Source of the DNA: Vulcanimicrobiota bacterium
GTDB taxonomy: Bacteria > Vulcanimicrobiota > Vulcanimicrobiia > Vulcanimicrobiales > Vulcanimicrobiaceae
Direction: 5' to 3'
NCBI GenBank assembly: GCA_963723515.1
Contig: CAVRQT010000003.1
Span: 320,001-384,000 of the forward strand
DNA length: 64,000 nucleotides
Position numbers and translations under genes: made by a program. Below are positions 1-11,364 of this stretch, in pieces. Numbering within the stretch: position 1 is the stretch's first letter; every line of letters starts with the position of its first letter. A model generated the notes under the pieces. The model worked only from the letters and a program-made list of their open reading frames with translations. It did no database searches and had not been told where the DNA came from.

Positions 1-123
1 AGAAATAAACGGATCGATCTCAAGCCGATCATCACGCACGTTTTGCCGCTGGAGTCGTTCGATGAGGCGTTCACGTTGCTCAAGTCCGGAAACGCGGCCA
101 AGATCATCTTCGATCTGCGATGA
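1..123 (+). CDS. tdh: L-threonine 3-dehydrogenase, C-terminal fragment (5' end outside window)
   Basis: Frame 1 reads [37 protein letters not shown], a zinc-ADH family C-terminus; stop overlaps the kbl start. Confidence 0.75.
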   Translation, partial: RNKRIDLKPIITHVLPLESFDEAFTLLKSGNAAKIIFDLR

Positions 124-1326
124 ATGCCGAGTTTAACGCGCGCCTAGAAAAGGAGCTGGATGCGCTAAGAGCGGCCGGCACGTATAAACATCTGCGTCAT
201 TTGACGACGCCGATGGCGCCAGAAGTTCACATGGAAGAAGCCGGCGACGTGATCGTGCTCTCCAGCAACAACTATCTCGGGCTCGCGGATCAACCGGAAG
301 TGATTGAAGCGGGGATTGAAGGCCTGCGCAAGTACGGCGCGGGCACCGCATCGGTGCGGTTTATTTGCGGAACGTTCGACATACATCGCGTGCTGGAAGA
401 GCGCATCGCTGAGTTTCTTTCAACGGAAGCGTCGCTCACGTACGTTTCGTGCTGGAATGCGAACACCGGCCTCTTTCCGACGATTGCGGAAGAAGGCGCC
501 ACGCTGATTTCCGACGAGCTGAACCACGCATCGATCATCGACGGGTGCCGTTTAGCGACGAAAGCCAAGCGCGAGCGCTACAAGCACGGCGACATGCACG
601 AGTTGGAAGAGAAGCTCAAAGCCGCGGATCCCGCGGGCCGAAAATCATCGTTACCGACGGCGTCTTTTCGATGGAAGGTTCGTTAGCGAAGCTGCCCGAG
701 ATCGTCGAGTTGGCGAAGAAGCACAATGCGATTACAGTCGTCGACGATAGTCACGGAACCGGCGTCATGGGAAAAACGGGCCGCGGCACGATCGAGCACT
801 ACGGGCTTGAGGGTCAGATCGACGTCATCACGGGTACGCTCGGCAAGGCGCTCGGTGGGGCGGCCGGCGGCTTTGTTGCCGGCAGCCGCGCGTTGATCGA
901 CATGTTGATTCAAAGATCGCGCCCGCAATTGTTTTCAAATGCGCTTCCTGCGACGGTCGCTTGCAGCTCGTTAGCGGCCATCGAATACCTTGAAGCGCAT
1001 CCGGAGTTAATGGATCACTTGCGCGAGAAGATCGCGTATTTCCGAAGCGGTTTGCTGAAGCTCGGTTACGAACCGCTCGAGGGCGAAAGCGCCATCATCC
1101 CGATCATCGTCGGCGATACGGCGTTCGCAATCGCGCTCAGCGATAAATTGTTGCAGAAGGGCGTCTTTGTAACCGGATTCGGCTATCCGGTCGTGCCTGA
1201 AGGCACTGCGCGCATTCGGGTTCAGATGAGCGCGAAGTTGACGAAAGAAGAAATGGATCACGCGCTGGCGGCGTTTGACGAAGTCGGGCACGAAGTCGGC
1301 GTATTGAAACGGGGCGTCCCGGCGTA
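120..1326 (+). CDS. kbl: Glycine C-acetyltransferase (2-amino-3-ketobutyrate CoA ligase), frameshift near 635
   Basis: [29 protein letters not shown] in ORF 120-686; [23 protein letters not shown] in ORF 449-1540. Natural end probably after KRGVPA (TAC where the downstream duplicate has TAA). Confidence 0.9.
1274..1308 (+). repeat. 35-bp direct repeat, copy 1 (kbl 3' end)
   Basis: tttgacgaagtcgggcacgaagtcggcgtattgaa, identical to 2152-2186. Confidence 0.95.
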
Positions 1327-1364
1327 CACATATTCTAAAAGTCAGCGGCCATGGTACGCACGCA

Positions 1365-2142
1365 ATGAAGATGCAGTAAGAACTGTAATCGGGCGCGGCA
1401 GTTGCTGCATTGGCGCGGTTGGCGCTGTTGGCTTTTTGCATACGCTCGTACCGGATCATTGGGCGCCGATCGCGGTGATGGCTCGGCGACAGGGATGGAT
1501 CGACCGGCAAACGATGGGCGCTGCTGCTACTCGCGGGTAGCGGCCATATCGTTTCGACGTTGATCCTCGGTGTGATCGTTTGGATCGCGGGAGTGGCACT
1601 CGCGGCGCGCTTTGGGCACGCTGTGAGCTTCGCATCGAGCCTTGGGCTTATCGCTTTTGGCGCTTGGATCGCGATCGCAGCGTGGCGGGAGCAACATGGC
1701 ACTTCCGCAGCGGCGAGACGCCCGAGCGCACGACCATCTACATCGGCATGCCGACGGAGTGGAGCACATTCATTGGCACGAACATTCCGATGCTGACTGG
1801 CACGCTACTGAAGGGAGCGCTGCGCTCGACGTACCGTTGCACGAGCACGAACATAAAGCATCGGGTCGCACGGCCTTGCTGCATGATCGTGGGATCATCT
1901 CCGATGATCGAGGGTATCCCGGCATTTTTCGCAGCGAGCCGTTACGGACCCACGCAGCTCGTGATGATGGCCGTTGTGTTTGGCGCTTCAACGATCGCAA
2001 CATATATTGTGATGTGCATGATTTCAAAGCGATAGCCTGCAGCGCTTTCGGCTTGCTTCCTTCGAACGATATGGTGAGGTGTTAAGCGGCATTGGTGATT
2101 GCTCTGCTGGGAGCTGGTCTTTTTGATTTTTCCTTTGCCTAA
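1365..2142 (+). pseudogene. Ni/Co transporter-like membrane protein with His-rich loop, several frameshifts
   Basis: Fragments in three frames: GFLHTLVPDHWAPIAV, ILGVIVWIAGVAL, HDHLHRHADGVEHIHWHEH, GSSPMIEGIPAFFAA; the HxxxPDH motif resembles NiCoT/RcnA-type transporters. Confidence 0.6.
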
Positions 2143-2151
2143 GTTGGCGGC

Positions 2152-2205
2152 TTTGACGAAGTCGGGCACGAAGTCGGCGTATTGAAGCGCGGAGTACCCG
2201 CCTAA
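2152..2205 (+). repeat. Direct repeat copy 2: orphan kbl 3' end with stop codon
   Basis: Encodes [17 protein letters not shown], the same peptide as 1274-1324 with synonymous codon changes at the end. Confidence 0.9.
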
Positions 2206-2209
2206 CGCG

Positions 2210-3104
2210 CTAGATTGCCGCGGCGAGTGCGCGCGCTTTTTCTTTAACGGAATCTCGAATTTCACGAACCGCATCGATCGACTGACCGTTCGGATCGGCC
2301 AATCCCCAATCTTCATCGATGCGCGGCACGCTAAGCAAGTCGCAAGCCGCGACATCGCAACCCATCGTGATTATCTTGGATGCACGTCGGGCGATTGTGT
2401 CATGCAGCGTTTTGGGTCGCGCCGCTGATATGTCGATGCCGTCCTCGGCCATCACCGCAACGACGTGCGGATCCGGTGCGTCGGCGATCGCCGTTCCGGC
2501 GGAAGCGACTTCAACGCGATCGCCTGCGAATTGCCGCAGGTACGCCTCCGCCATTTGACTGCGGCCCGCATTATGTTTGCAAACGAAAAGCACGAGCGGC
2601 TTGAGGATCTTTTCCATCGCCAATACGTCCACGTACTTGCCATCAAGGCGCCCTTGCTCGCGAAACGTGCCCACTTCGGCGAAACCGCATTTGCGGTAGA
2701 GTCTCACGCCTGCCTCATTGGTCGGGCAGTGCGAAGAGCACGATCTTATGAAAGCGATTGGCGATCGCGGCTCGCTCGATATGTTGGAGCAACCGAGCTC
2801 CTATGCCGTGGCCTCGTTTATCACGCCGGACATAGATAGAAAGATCCGCGACACCCTCATATGCGCAGCGGTGCGAGTACGGATTGAGCGAGGCCCAGCC
2901 GACAACCGCGTCGCCTTCGGTTGCCACGAGGACGCGGTACCGCTCGCCCCGATCCTGATACCATTTCAGGATTTCGGACGCGGTCTTCGGATCGACGTCG
3001 AGCGTTGCGATCCGATCCTCGATCCCCTGATTGAAAATGAGCCGAATCGCCGCTACGTCATCTTGGCGCGCATTGCGAACAGTAATGCCTTGCGCGGTGG
3101 TCAT
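2210..3104 (-). CDS. ArsN-like GNAT acetyltransferase fused to LMW-PTP-type arsenate reductase domain (frameshift near 2722)
   Basis: IFNQGIEDRIATLD...YEGVADLSIYV (GNAT); removing one C gives LPTNEAGVRLYRKCGF, which continues into VLFVCKHNAGRSQMAEA (CX5R) and TMGC, DWGLADP. Confidence 0.8.
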
Positions 3105-3802
3105 GCGCGCGACTCATGCGGCACAGCAATTTCGGCTGCACGCGCTTTCAGACGCGGGGTAAGCCAACCGAAAAGCGCTGTTGCGGCGGCGGCACCTAAG
3201 AGTTGCGCGATGATGAACGGCGCCACATCGACGACTCGAATTCCCGCGAAAGTGTCGGAAAGCGCGCGGCCGACCGTTACTGCCGGATTTGCAAACGATG
3301 TGGACGGTGTGAACCAGTAGGCCGCGATGATATAACCTGCGACGGCGAAGGGCACGAGCGCCACGCGAAATCGAGCGCTTCCCCAGATGATGCACAGCAA
3401 ACCGAACGTGGCGATGAACTCGCTGAACCATTGCGACCCGCCGCTGCGTTCGTGATGCGGAAACGAAACGAACGGTAAGCCGAACATCACATTAGCGGTG
3501 ATGGCGCCCACGATCGCCCCGATAACCTGACCCGAGCAATAAAAAGCCGCATCGCGCCAGGATATTCCGCCGGCTGACGCATCGGATAGGGAAACGGCGG
3601 GGTTAAAATGGCCGCCTGAAATTGACCCAAAAGCGGCGATGATCGCGACTAACGCGCCGCCGGTTGCAACAGCATTCGCGAGAAGTGCCAACGCCGTATT
3701 ACCGCCCGAAAGGCGCTGCGCCATGATCCCGGAGCCGATAATGGCAGCAACTAAGATTGCCGTGCCGAGAAATTCACAAGTGACTCGGCGCGCGAGCGCC
3801 AC
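3101..3802 (-). CDS. MIP/aquaglyceroporin (AqpS-like arsenite channel)
   Basis: Two NPA motifs (HFNPAV, FANPAV), EFLGT; ars operon context. Confidence 0.9.
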   Translation of the reverse strand: MALARRVTCEFLGTAILVAAIIGSGIMAQRLSGGNTALALLANAVATGGALVAIIAAFGSISGGHFNPAVSLSDASAGGISWRDAAFYCSGQVIGAIVGAITANVMFGLPFVSFPHHERSGGSQWFSEFIATFGLLCIIWGSARFRVALVPFAVAGYIIAAYWFTPSTSFANPAVTVGRALSDTFAGIRVVDVAPFIIAQLLGAAAATALFGWLTPRLKARAAEIAVPHESRA

Positions 3803-4255
3803 TTAAGCGGCGGGCTCAGTGGACGATTCACCGCAAGATGCTTGCTCAGAATGACTCGAGCAGCAGTCGCTTACGCCGCCGTCGCGAATTTCAGATTCTT
3901 CCAGCACGGTATACACCTCCCAACGGCGGCCGTCAGGATCGCTCGTCCACACCTTCGTTTGCTTGGCATAGCAACACGTTTCTTCACGTTCGATATCGAT
4001 GGGATAGCCGGCGTCTTTTAGACGCGCGATCGCGGTCATGACGGCGTCCGCATCATGCACTGCGATCCCATAGTGAGCGCTACCGACTGCTACGTTTCCG
4101 GAAGAGCGATTTAACGCAAGCTCGAGACCTGGATCGTCCGTCACGAAGAAGGCATAGTCATCGTAATGTTTGACCGGCGCACAGTGCAGCAAATTCTTGT
4201 AGAATGCGACCGCAACATCCAGATCGTGCGTCTGGAAGCTCAAGTGAATCTTCAT
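3803..4255 (-). CDS. ArsI/CadI-family VOC metalloenzyme
   Basis: MKIHLS...HYGI...ETCCYAKQTKVWTSDPDGRRWEVY, vicinal Cys pair. Confidence 0.9.
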   Translation of the reverse strand: MKIHLSFQTHDLDVAVAFYKNLLHCAPVKHYDDYAFFVTDDPGLELALNRSSGNVAVGSAHYGIAVHDADAVMTAIARLKDAGYPIDIEREETCCYAKQTKVWTSDPDGRRWEVYTVLEESEIRDGGVSDCCSSHSEQASCGESSTEPAA

Positions 4256-4578
4256 GCGGCGACTTTCTGTGGTAACGCGATGGCCAAAGCAGCATTGAGC
4301 CGTTCGCGCACGTGATCGGCCAGGCGGTAGTATACCCAGGTGCCGCGGCGTTCGCAGGTGACTAAGTTCGCTTCTCTCAGAATGCGAAGATGGTGCGAAA
4401 CGGTCGGCTGGTTCAGCGGCAGCGCATCCGTAAAATCGCAGACACATACCTCATGCTTTGCGCGCGCTAGCGTGGCAAGCATCGTGAGGCGATAGGGATC
4501 GCCGAGCGCTCTCAGCAGGTCGGCTTCCGAGTTGAAGTCGCGGCTGTAGACGCGTGCGGGGGGACAACATCGCTGCAT
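4252..4578 (-). CDS. arsR: ArsR/SmtB transcriptional repressor
   Basis: ALGDPYRL, EVCVCDF, QPTVSHHLRILREA; start taken at MQRCC. Confidence 0.9.
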   Translation of the reverse strand: MQRCCPPARVYSRDFNSEADLLRALGDPYRLTMLATLARAKHEVCVCDFTDALPLNQPTVSHHLRILREANLVTCERRGTWVYYRLADHVRERLNAALAIALPQKVAA

Positions 4579-4585
4579 TAAGCTG

Positions 4586-4614
4586 ATCGTATCGGCTGAA
4601 TCGAAGATTGTCAA
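4586..4614 (-). promoter_or_regulatory. Sigma70 promoter of the ars operon (probably leaderless)
   Basis: TTGACA-17 nt-TACGAT, 7 nt upstream of the arsR ATG; imperfect dyad in the spacer. Confidence 0.75.
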
Positions 4615-4672
4615 TATAGCGTTCCGCCCGTTTCCGATTCCGAAGCGGTGAAGAGGGGCATAAGAGATTACA

Positions 4673-5647
4673 ATGTATGCCGCCGCGCGATTGCTCTTGA
4701 TACTGTTGAGCACGGCGTCTGTGGCGAGTGCGCAAACGCCGGTCGGAAGCTGGAGTCTTGGGCCTCGATTGCCGACCGAGCGCAGCGAAGTATCGGTCGC
4801 AGCCGCCGGAACGCAGATCTATGTCATTGGCGGATACGCACCGGCGGGGAGCAATCCGACGGCTTTGGACACCACCGGCAAGGTGGACGTGGACCAACGG
4901 CTCGTTGAATCGTTCGACGTCGCAACCCAACAGTGGGCGCAACGCGCGCCGTTACCGCGCGGAATGAATCACGTCGGCGTGACGACGTACGATGGCCGAA
5001 TTTATACGTTCGGCGGCTTCATTCTTCAAAATCACGATGCCGTTACGGACGCATACGTATACGATCCGCAGACCGACCGGTGGAGCGCGATTGCGCCGCT
5101 GCCTCATGCTCTGGGATCGGTTTCGGTCGCCGTGCTTGGCGATAAGATCCATCTCGTTGGCGGGCGCGACGTGCACAGCGTTACAGACCACCTCGTGTAC
5201 GATCCCACCACGAACACGTATACGCGCGCCGCACCCCTACCAGTGGGCCGGGACCACATGGGCCTCGTTCCTTACAACGGTAAACTGTATGCGATCGCCG
5301 GCCGCATCGACGATTTCAATCACAACACTTCATACGTCGACATCTACGATCCGGCGACGAACGGGTGGACCTCCGGAACTGCGATGCCGTCGCAACGCAG
5401 CGGCATGGCGGTCGCCGTCTATCGCGATAGAATCTTTGCCATTGGTGGCGAGCGTGGCGGCGGCACCTTTACGAATAACGAAGCGTACGATCCGCGTACT
5501 AACGCCTGGTCAACGTATGCCCCGCTTGCGGAGGGAAGACATGGAACAGGCGCGGCTGTTCTCAGCGACCATCTGTACATTCCGGCCGGCGGACCGCTGA
5601 ACGGCGGCAGCCGCCAATCAAATACGCTCTACATCTTTAGGCTGTAG
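4673..5647 (+). CDS. Secreted Kelch-repeat beta-propeller protein
   Basis: Signal peptide; six repeats of the IYxxGG...YDPxTxxW type. Confidence 0.9.
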   Translation: MYAAARLLLILLSTASVASAQTPVGSWSLGPRLPTERSEVSVAAAGTQIYVIGGYAPAGSNPTALDTTGKVDVDQRLVESFDVATQQWAQRAPLPRGMNHVGVTTYDGRIYTFGGFILQNHDAVTDAYVYDPQTDRWSAIAPLPHALGSVSVAVLGDKIHLVGGRDVHSVTDHLVYDPTTNTYTRAAPLPVGRDHMGLVPYNGKLYAIAGRIDDFNHNTSYVDIYDPATNGWTSGTAMPSQRSGMAVAVYRDRIFAIGGERGGGTFTNNEAYDPRTNAWSTYAPLAEGRHGTGAAVLSDHLYIPAGGPLNGGSRQSNTLYIFRL

Positions 5648-5681
5648 CGGCCGCTTTCCGTTGCGGAGTCATCGCTAATGA

Positions 5682-5723
5682 ATGTTAAATATATTTGACA
5701 TAATGTAAGATATCTGTTACTAT
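5682..5723 (+). promoter_or_regulatory. Sigma70 promoter overlapped by palindromic operator(s)
   Basis: TTGACA (5695-5700), 17 nt, TACTAT (5718-5723) with TG extension; dyad ATGTTAAATA/TATTTGACAT plus a second degenerate copy. Confidence 0.8.
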
Positions 5724-5749
5724 GCGGCGCATGCTTAAGGAGATTCAAC

Positions 5750-6175
5750 GTGCCGTATAGGGAGAAGACCGCTTGGCTATCGCTCGTTGCGATAGCCGTT
5801 ACGTTCGGGCCGTATTTTGCGATTGTGGCCGTCGGGCCGTTCCGCGCCGCCGCAGTTCCCAATCTGCCGCAGCTCGGCCTCTTTGCCGTCGCGATGGTAA
5901 TTCAAATGTTGATCCTCGCGTCCGGCAATATCTATCTGCGCCGAAAATCGCCGCAAGATGCGCGGACCGGACCCGATGAACGCGATAACGCGATCATGCA
6001 CCGCTCAGTCAGTGCAGCATATTACGTCTTGATTGCCGGCATGATTTTGGTCGGCTGCGTCATGCCCTTCAGTTACAGCGGCTGGGCAATCATCAACGCC
6101 GCGCTCGTTATGATTGTGGCTGCGGAGCTCGTTCACTATGGCGTCGTCGTCCTAAGCTACCGCTCGCAGCGATGA
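5750..6175 (+). CDS. 4-TM membrane protein (DUF2178-like), XRE-associated
   Basis: Hydrophobic segments, DERD motif, AAGGAG RBS; overlaps the XRE gene start. Confidence 0.75.
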   Translation: MPYREKTAWLSLVAIAVTFGPYFAIVAVGPFRAAAVPNLPQLGLFAVAMVIQMLILASGNIYLRRKSPQDARTGPDERDNAIMHRSVSAAYYVLIAGMILVGCVMPFSYSGWAIINAALVMIVAAELVHYGVVVLSYRSQR

Positions 6176-6411
6176 TTCGCGGCTCGATCTCTAATTGCGT
6201 GCGGACGCTGCGTTTCCACAATGGCGAAATGTCGCAAGCCGAACTCGGGCAATGCATTGGTCTTACGCGGCAGACAATTGCCGCGATCGAAGCGGGAAAG
6301 TACTCGCCGTCGTTAGAGGCTGCGTTCCGGATCGCCGAGGTCTTTAATGTGCCGTTGGGCGAGGTGTTTCAGTGGCGTCCGGACGGCGCCAACGAAAATG
6401 AAGTCCGCTGA
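6172..6411 (+). CDS. XRE/Cro-C1 HTH regulator
   Basis: MSQAELG...TRQTIAAIEAGKYSPSLEAAFRIA. Confidence 0.92.
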   Translation: MIRGSISNCVRTLRFHNGEMSQAELGQCIGLTRQTIAAIEAGKYSPSLEAAFRIAEVFNVPLGEVFQWRPDGANENEVR

Positions 6412-6427
6412 TTTCTCAGCGGACTTC
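6400..6427. terminator. Hairpin between convergent XRE gene and tRNA-fMet
   Basis: gaagtccgctga-tttc-tcagcggacttc, 12-bp perfect stem. Confidence 0.65.
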
Positions 6428-6475
6428 TCGACATGTTGCGGGGGCGAGATTTGAACTCGCGACCTTCGGGTTATG

Positions 6476-7162
<687 letters not shown>

Positions 7163-7245
7163 GTCGGCGTTAGTACGGCGGCGGCTAGCGGCTCACCTGT
7201 GAACGTACAGAGTATCGTTAACTCTCCACAAAATGATTCTGCGAC

Positions 7246-8323
7246 GTGAGTGAGCACCGACAAGGCAGCGAGCTTCTTAACGCGCTTCGCAAGTTGCCGA
7301 AAGTTCAGTTGCATTGCCATCTTGAGGGTACGGTGCGAGCGCAGTACTTTTACGGAGCTCGCAGCACGCTACGGCGTGCCGACGTCATACGAGCCTGGCG
7401 ATAAAGCGCGCGCCCTTGCGACGCAACGATCCGAATCGGTCTACCGCTTCAACGGCTTCCAAGAGTTCTTATTCAAGTTTGCCGCAGTTTGCCGATCCCT
7501 GCAGCAAGCGGACGACTATGTCCGCATCCTACATGAGTATGCGCAGGACGCCCTCGCAAATGGCGTCATGTATGCGGAGTTAACGCTCTCTCCATCGGCG
7601 TGGCTCTTCTTTCATAAACGGCTCGACGCTCTGGGTGTTTTAAAAAAATTGAGCGCTGCCGCGAATGAAATTGAAGGCCGCTACGGCTTGCGCATCCGTT
7701 TCATCATCGACATCACGCGAAACTTCGGGCGCGAGAAGGCGCTGGAAAGCGTCCAGTTTGCGCACGCCTTGCGCGATCATGGGATTGTCGGCATCGGGCT
7801 CGGCGGCGATGAAGCGAATTTTCCAGCTCCCTTGTTCGAAGAAGCGTTTCGAAAAGCACGCGAATTTGGACTCCATGCGGTCGCCCATGCCGGTGAAGCG
7901 GCGGGCGCAGAAAGTGTCCGCGATGCGGTAATGATTTTGCAGGTTGAGCGCATCGGTCACGGCATTCGTGCGCTCGAGGACCTGGAAGTTATCGAGTTGC
8001 TGAAGCAACGCAATATCACGCTTGAAATCTGCCCGACATCGAACTATCGCACCGGCGTCGTGCCTCAAAATCGGCCGCATCCTCTGGCCGAATTGCACCG
8101 GGCCGGCGTCCCATTGACGATCGACTCCGACGATCCCGCAATTTTTGAAACGGACATCACCCGTGAATATGCCTACGCTGAATCGATCGCGGGAATCGAT
8201 GCGGTTCTGGCATTTGCACGACGCGGAATCGATGCTTCCTTTACCGATCTAGCGATGAGGACGGCGATGGCTGACAAACAGCGGAATGCGAGCGTGGAAC
8301 TGTTGCGCGCTCGTCGAACGTAG
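7246..8323 (+). CDS. add: Adenosine deaminase (frameshift near 7341)
   Basis: GTG 7246 frame gives LPKVQLHCHLEGT; main ORF has HAGE, RIGHG, CPTSN, DSDDP. Confidence 0.88.
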
Positions 8324-8332
8324 AGGCTCTCC

Positions 8333-8800
8333 ATGCCGCACCACACGCACTCCCATTTTGCCGAATCGATCGAAGAGTATTTGGAAACGGTCTACCGTTT
8401 AGAACGTGAAGGGCCCGGCGTAACGACATCGGGTCTGGCAGCCTGTCTTGGCATCTCGCGCGCATCGGTTTCCGGAATGCTGAAGAAGCTTGCTGAGGAC
8501 GGCTATCTGGACTATCGCGCCCGCGGCGAAGCGCGGTTGACGCAGAAAGGGTTAGCAATTGCGACGCGCGTCATTCGTCGCCATCGGTTAGCGGAGTGCT
8601 TGCTGACCGACGTCCTTGGCATGCCGAGCGATGAAGTGCATTACGACGCATGTATGCTCGAGCACGCAATTTCGGATCGCGTTGAAACGCAGATGGTGCG
8701 CGTTCTCGGAGATCCGAAAACCTGTCCGCACGGGCATACGATTCCGTCCTTGAACGAAACGGCGTTGCATACACGTCCTTCGCGCGACGGTTCACGGTAA
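8333..8800 (+). CDS. DtxR/MntR/IdeR-family metal-dependent repressor (no FeoA domain)
   Basis: EEYLETVY, SRASVSGMLKKL, RRHRLAE, ACMLEH, TCPHGHTIP. Confidence 0.93.
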   Translation: MPHHTHSHFAESIEEYLETVYRLEREGPGVTTSGLAACLGISRASVSGMLKKLAEDGYLDYRARGEARLTQKGLAIATRVIRRHRLAECLLTDVLGMPSDEVHYDACMLEHAISDRVETQMVRVLGDPKTCPHGHTIPSLNETALHTRPSRDGSR

Positions 8801-8803
8801 GCG

Positions 8804-9460
8804 ATGCTAACGCGGCTGCTCGTCGTCGCGAACGTCATCGTCTTCATCTGGGAATATGTGACGGGCGCTTTTGGACCGCAATACGGCTACACCCAAGGCG
8901 GGCGGACCGTCGTCACTTACGACCCGATCGTCGCGCATGGCGCGATCTACGGACCGGCGATCTTCGGCAAGCACGAATATTGGCGCGTGATTTCGGGCGC
9001 GTTCTTGCATGGTGGAATCTTGCACATCGCCGTGAATATGTTTGCGCTTTGGCAAGTCGGCTCGGCCGTTGAAGCGATCATGGGAACGCCGCGTATGGCC
9101 GTCGTGTATTTCGGCTCGGCAATTGCGGCTGGATTCGCCGCCGCCTACTTCAACTATGGAGAGCCGGTCGTCGGTGCAAGCGGCGCAATTTTCGGCCTCT
9201 TCGGCGCGCTCGTTGCGATCGGCCTTCGCCATGGCACGCGCGGCAGATCCCTGATCGCACAAACGTTGCCGATCATCATTCTCAATCTGGTCATCGGCTT
9301 CTCGATTCCGCACATTGCCAATTCAGCGCATATCGGCGGACTGATCGCAGGATTCGCCTTTGGTTTCCTGATTTATCAGGTGCCGCGCCCGGTCCGAACG
9401 TATGTGACCGATGCGCAAACCGGTGAAGCGCTCGACTCACACCTTTACGAGCAGCGATGA
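8804..9460 (+). CDS. Rhomboid intramembrane serine protease
   Basis: WR, FLHGGILHIAVN, GASG, AHIGG. Confidence 0.95.
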   Translation: MLTRLLVVANVIVFIWEYVTGAFGPQYGYTQGGRTVVTYDPIVAHGAIYGPAIFGKHEYWRVISGAFLHGGILHIAVNMFALWQVGSAVEAIMGTPRMAVVYFGSAIAAGFAAAYFNYGEPVVGASGAIFGLFGALVAIGLRHGTRGRSLIAQTLPIIILNLVIGFSIPHIANSAHIGGLIAGFAFGFLIYQVPRPVRTYVTDAQTGEALDSHLYEQR

Positions 9461-11350
9461 ACGCGATCGACGAAATCTTTGAAACCGGCGGGCCGATCGC
9501 GCACGCAATCCAGGGCTTTGAATCGCGTCCGGGCCAACTGCAAATGGCGCAGCTGATCGAACGTGGATTCTTGGAAGGCGTGCACACGATCGTTGAAGCC
9601 GGAACGGGCGTCGGCAAATCGCTGGCATATTTGATCCCGGCGCTGCGCAGCGGAAAGAAAGTCGTCGTTTCGACCGGCACGATTGCGCTCCAAGAGCAGC
9701 TCTTCAACAAAGACATTCCGCTCGTCACGCGGGCGCTCAACCAGTCGGCGCGCGTGACGGTCGTCAAAGGCCGCAACCACTATCTCTGCCGGCAGAAATT
9801 GGATCGCAGTCGCGGCGACCGCCTCATTGCGTCATCGCGGACGATGGCGCGGCTCTGGGAGTGGGGCGCAAAAACGGAGACGGGCGATCGCGCCGAGCTG
9901 TCCTTCGTTCCGCCGGCGCAAGAGTGGGAACAGCTCGACGCTGACGCCGACGATTGCGTCGGCGAATTTTGCGAGCACTTCCGCGAGTGTTTTTTCTTTA
10001 AGAAACGCGACGAAGCGAAGTACGCCGACCTGATCGTCGTCAACCACGCGCTGTTCTTCCTGGACTTAGCGATGGGCGGCGGTTTGCTGCCGCCGTACGA
10101 TTTCGTCGTGCTCGATGAGGCGCATCAATGCGAGCGGTGGGCGACAGCGGCCCTGACTGCGACCCTTTCGGGCGGTTCCATCGCGCGCATGCTGCGCAAG
10201 CTGCATCGCACGTACGAGCTGCCCTCCGATTTCGATGCCGAGTTCGACGAAGGGGTTCGCGCGCTGGAATCGACGTTGGCCCGCGTTCCCGGTGATCGCT
10301 ATCCCTTGGCGGCTAATGAAGACGTTTCGGAGCCGCTCGAGATGCTGCGCGCGACGCTCTACCGTTTGGAGAATTGGCTGTATGCGCATTGGGATCGCGC
10401 GTTGCGCCGGCGGCCTGACAACGATGCCGAAGGCGAACGCCGTCGCGATCTTGCGATGCGCTCGATCCTCGCGCACCTCGGTACGATCGAGCGCGCGAAG
10501 TTTTCTGATGAACAGTCGATCGCGTGGGTTGAGCGCGGCGAAGGCGACGGACGCTACCAGATCAACAGCGCACCCTACGACGTCGGCGCGTTCTTGCAGG
10601 CGACACTCTTCGACCGCACGCCGAGCGTCGTGCTGACCAGCGCGACGATCGCTACTGGCCGTTCATTTGAATTCTTGCGGCGGACGCTTGGACTTGTGGA
10701 AGCGCAGGAGTTGATTGCGCTCTCGCCATTTGAGTATCGGCAACAAGCGCGGCTCTTCATTGCACCTCCCCAATTGAATCCGAAGGCGCCCGATTTTGCG
10801 GTTCGCGCCGCACCGCTCGTCGAAGAGTGTCTCGACCGTTCCCGAGGCCGTGCTTTTGTGCTCTTTACATCGTACGCAAGATTGCGCGAAATCTACGCGC
10901 TTGTGCGGGAACGGATTCCTTATCCGACGCGAATGCAAGGCGAACTGCCGCGAACGCATTTGCTCGAATGGTTTCGAACGACGCCGCATGCGGTGCTCTT
11001 CGCCACGAATACATTTTGGGAAGGCATCGATGTCGCCGGAGAGCAGCTCTCGTGCGTCATCGTCGATCGGCTTCCATTTCCCTCGCCTGGGGATCCGTTG
11101 GTCGCCGCTCGCCTAGCTTCCATCGAAGCGCGAAGGCCGGAGCAGCTTCGAAGATTACATGATTCCATCGGCAACAATGCGCCTAAAACAGGGCTTCGGC
11201 CGGCTAATCCGTGCGAAGACCGATCGCGGATTGCTCGTTTGTCTCGATGGCCGCGCGGGTGCGTCGCGTTACGGGCACACGATCATCGACGCGCTGCCGC
11301 CCGCGCGACGGATCGCGCAGCTCGAAGAGCTCGACGGTTTCTTTTCGTAA
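9457..11350 (+). CDS. DinG/YoaA-family helicase (frameshift near 11135)
   Basis: EAGTGVGKS, DEAH, TSAT, WEGID; C-terminal RLKQGFGRLIR in ORF 11159-11350. Confidence 0.92.
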
Positions 11351-11364
11351 GAAAGCCAGTCGCG

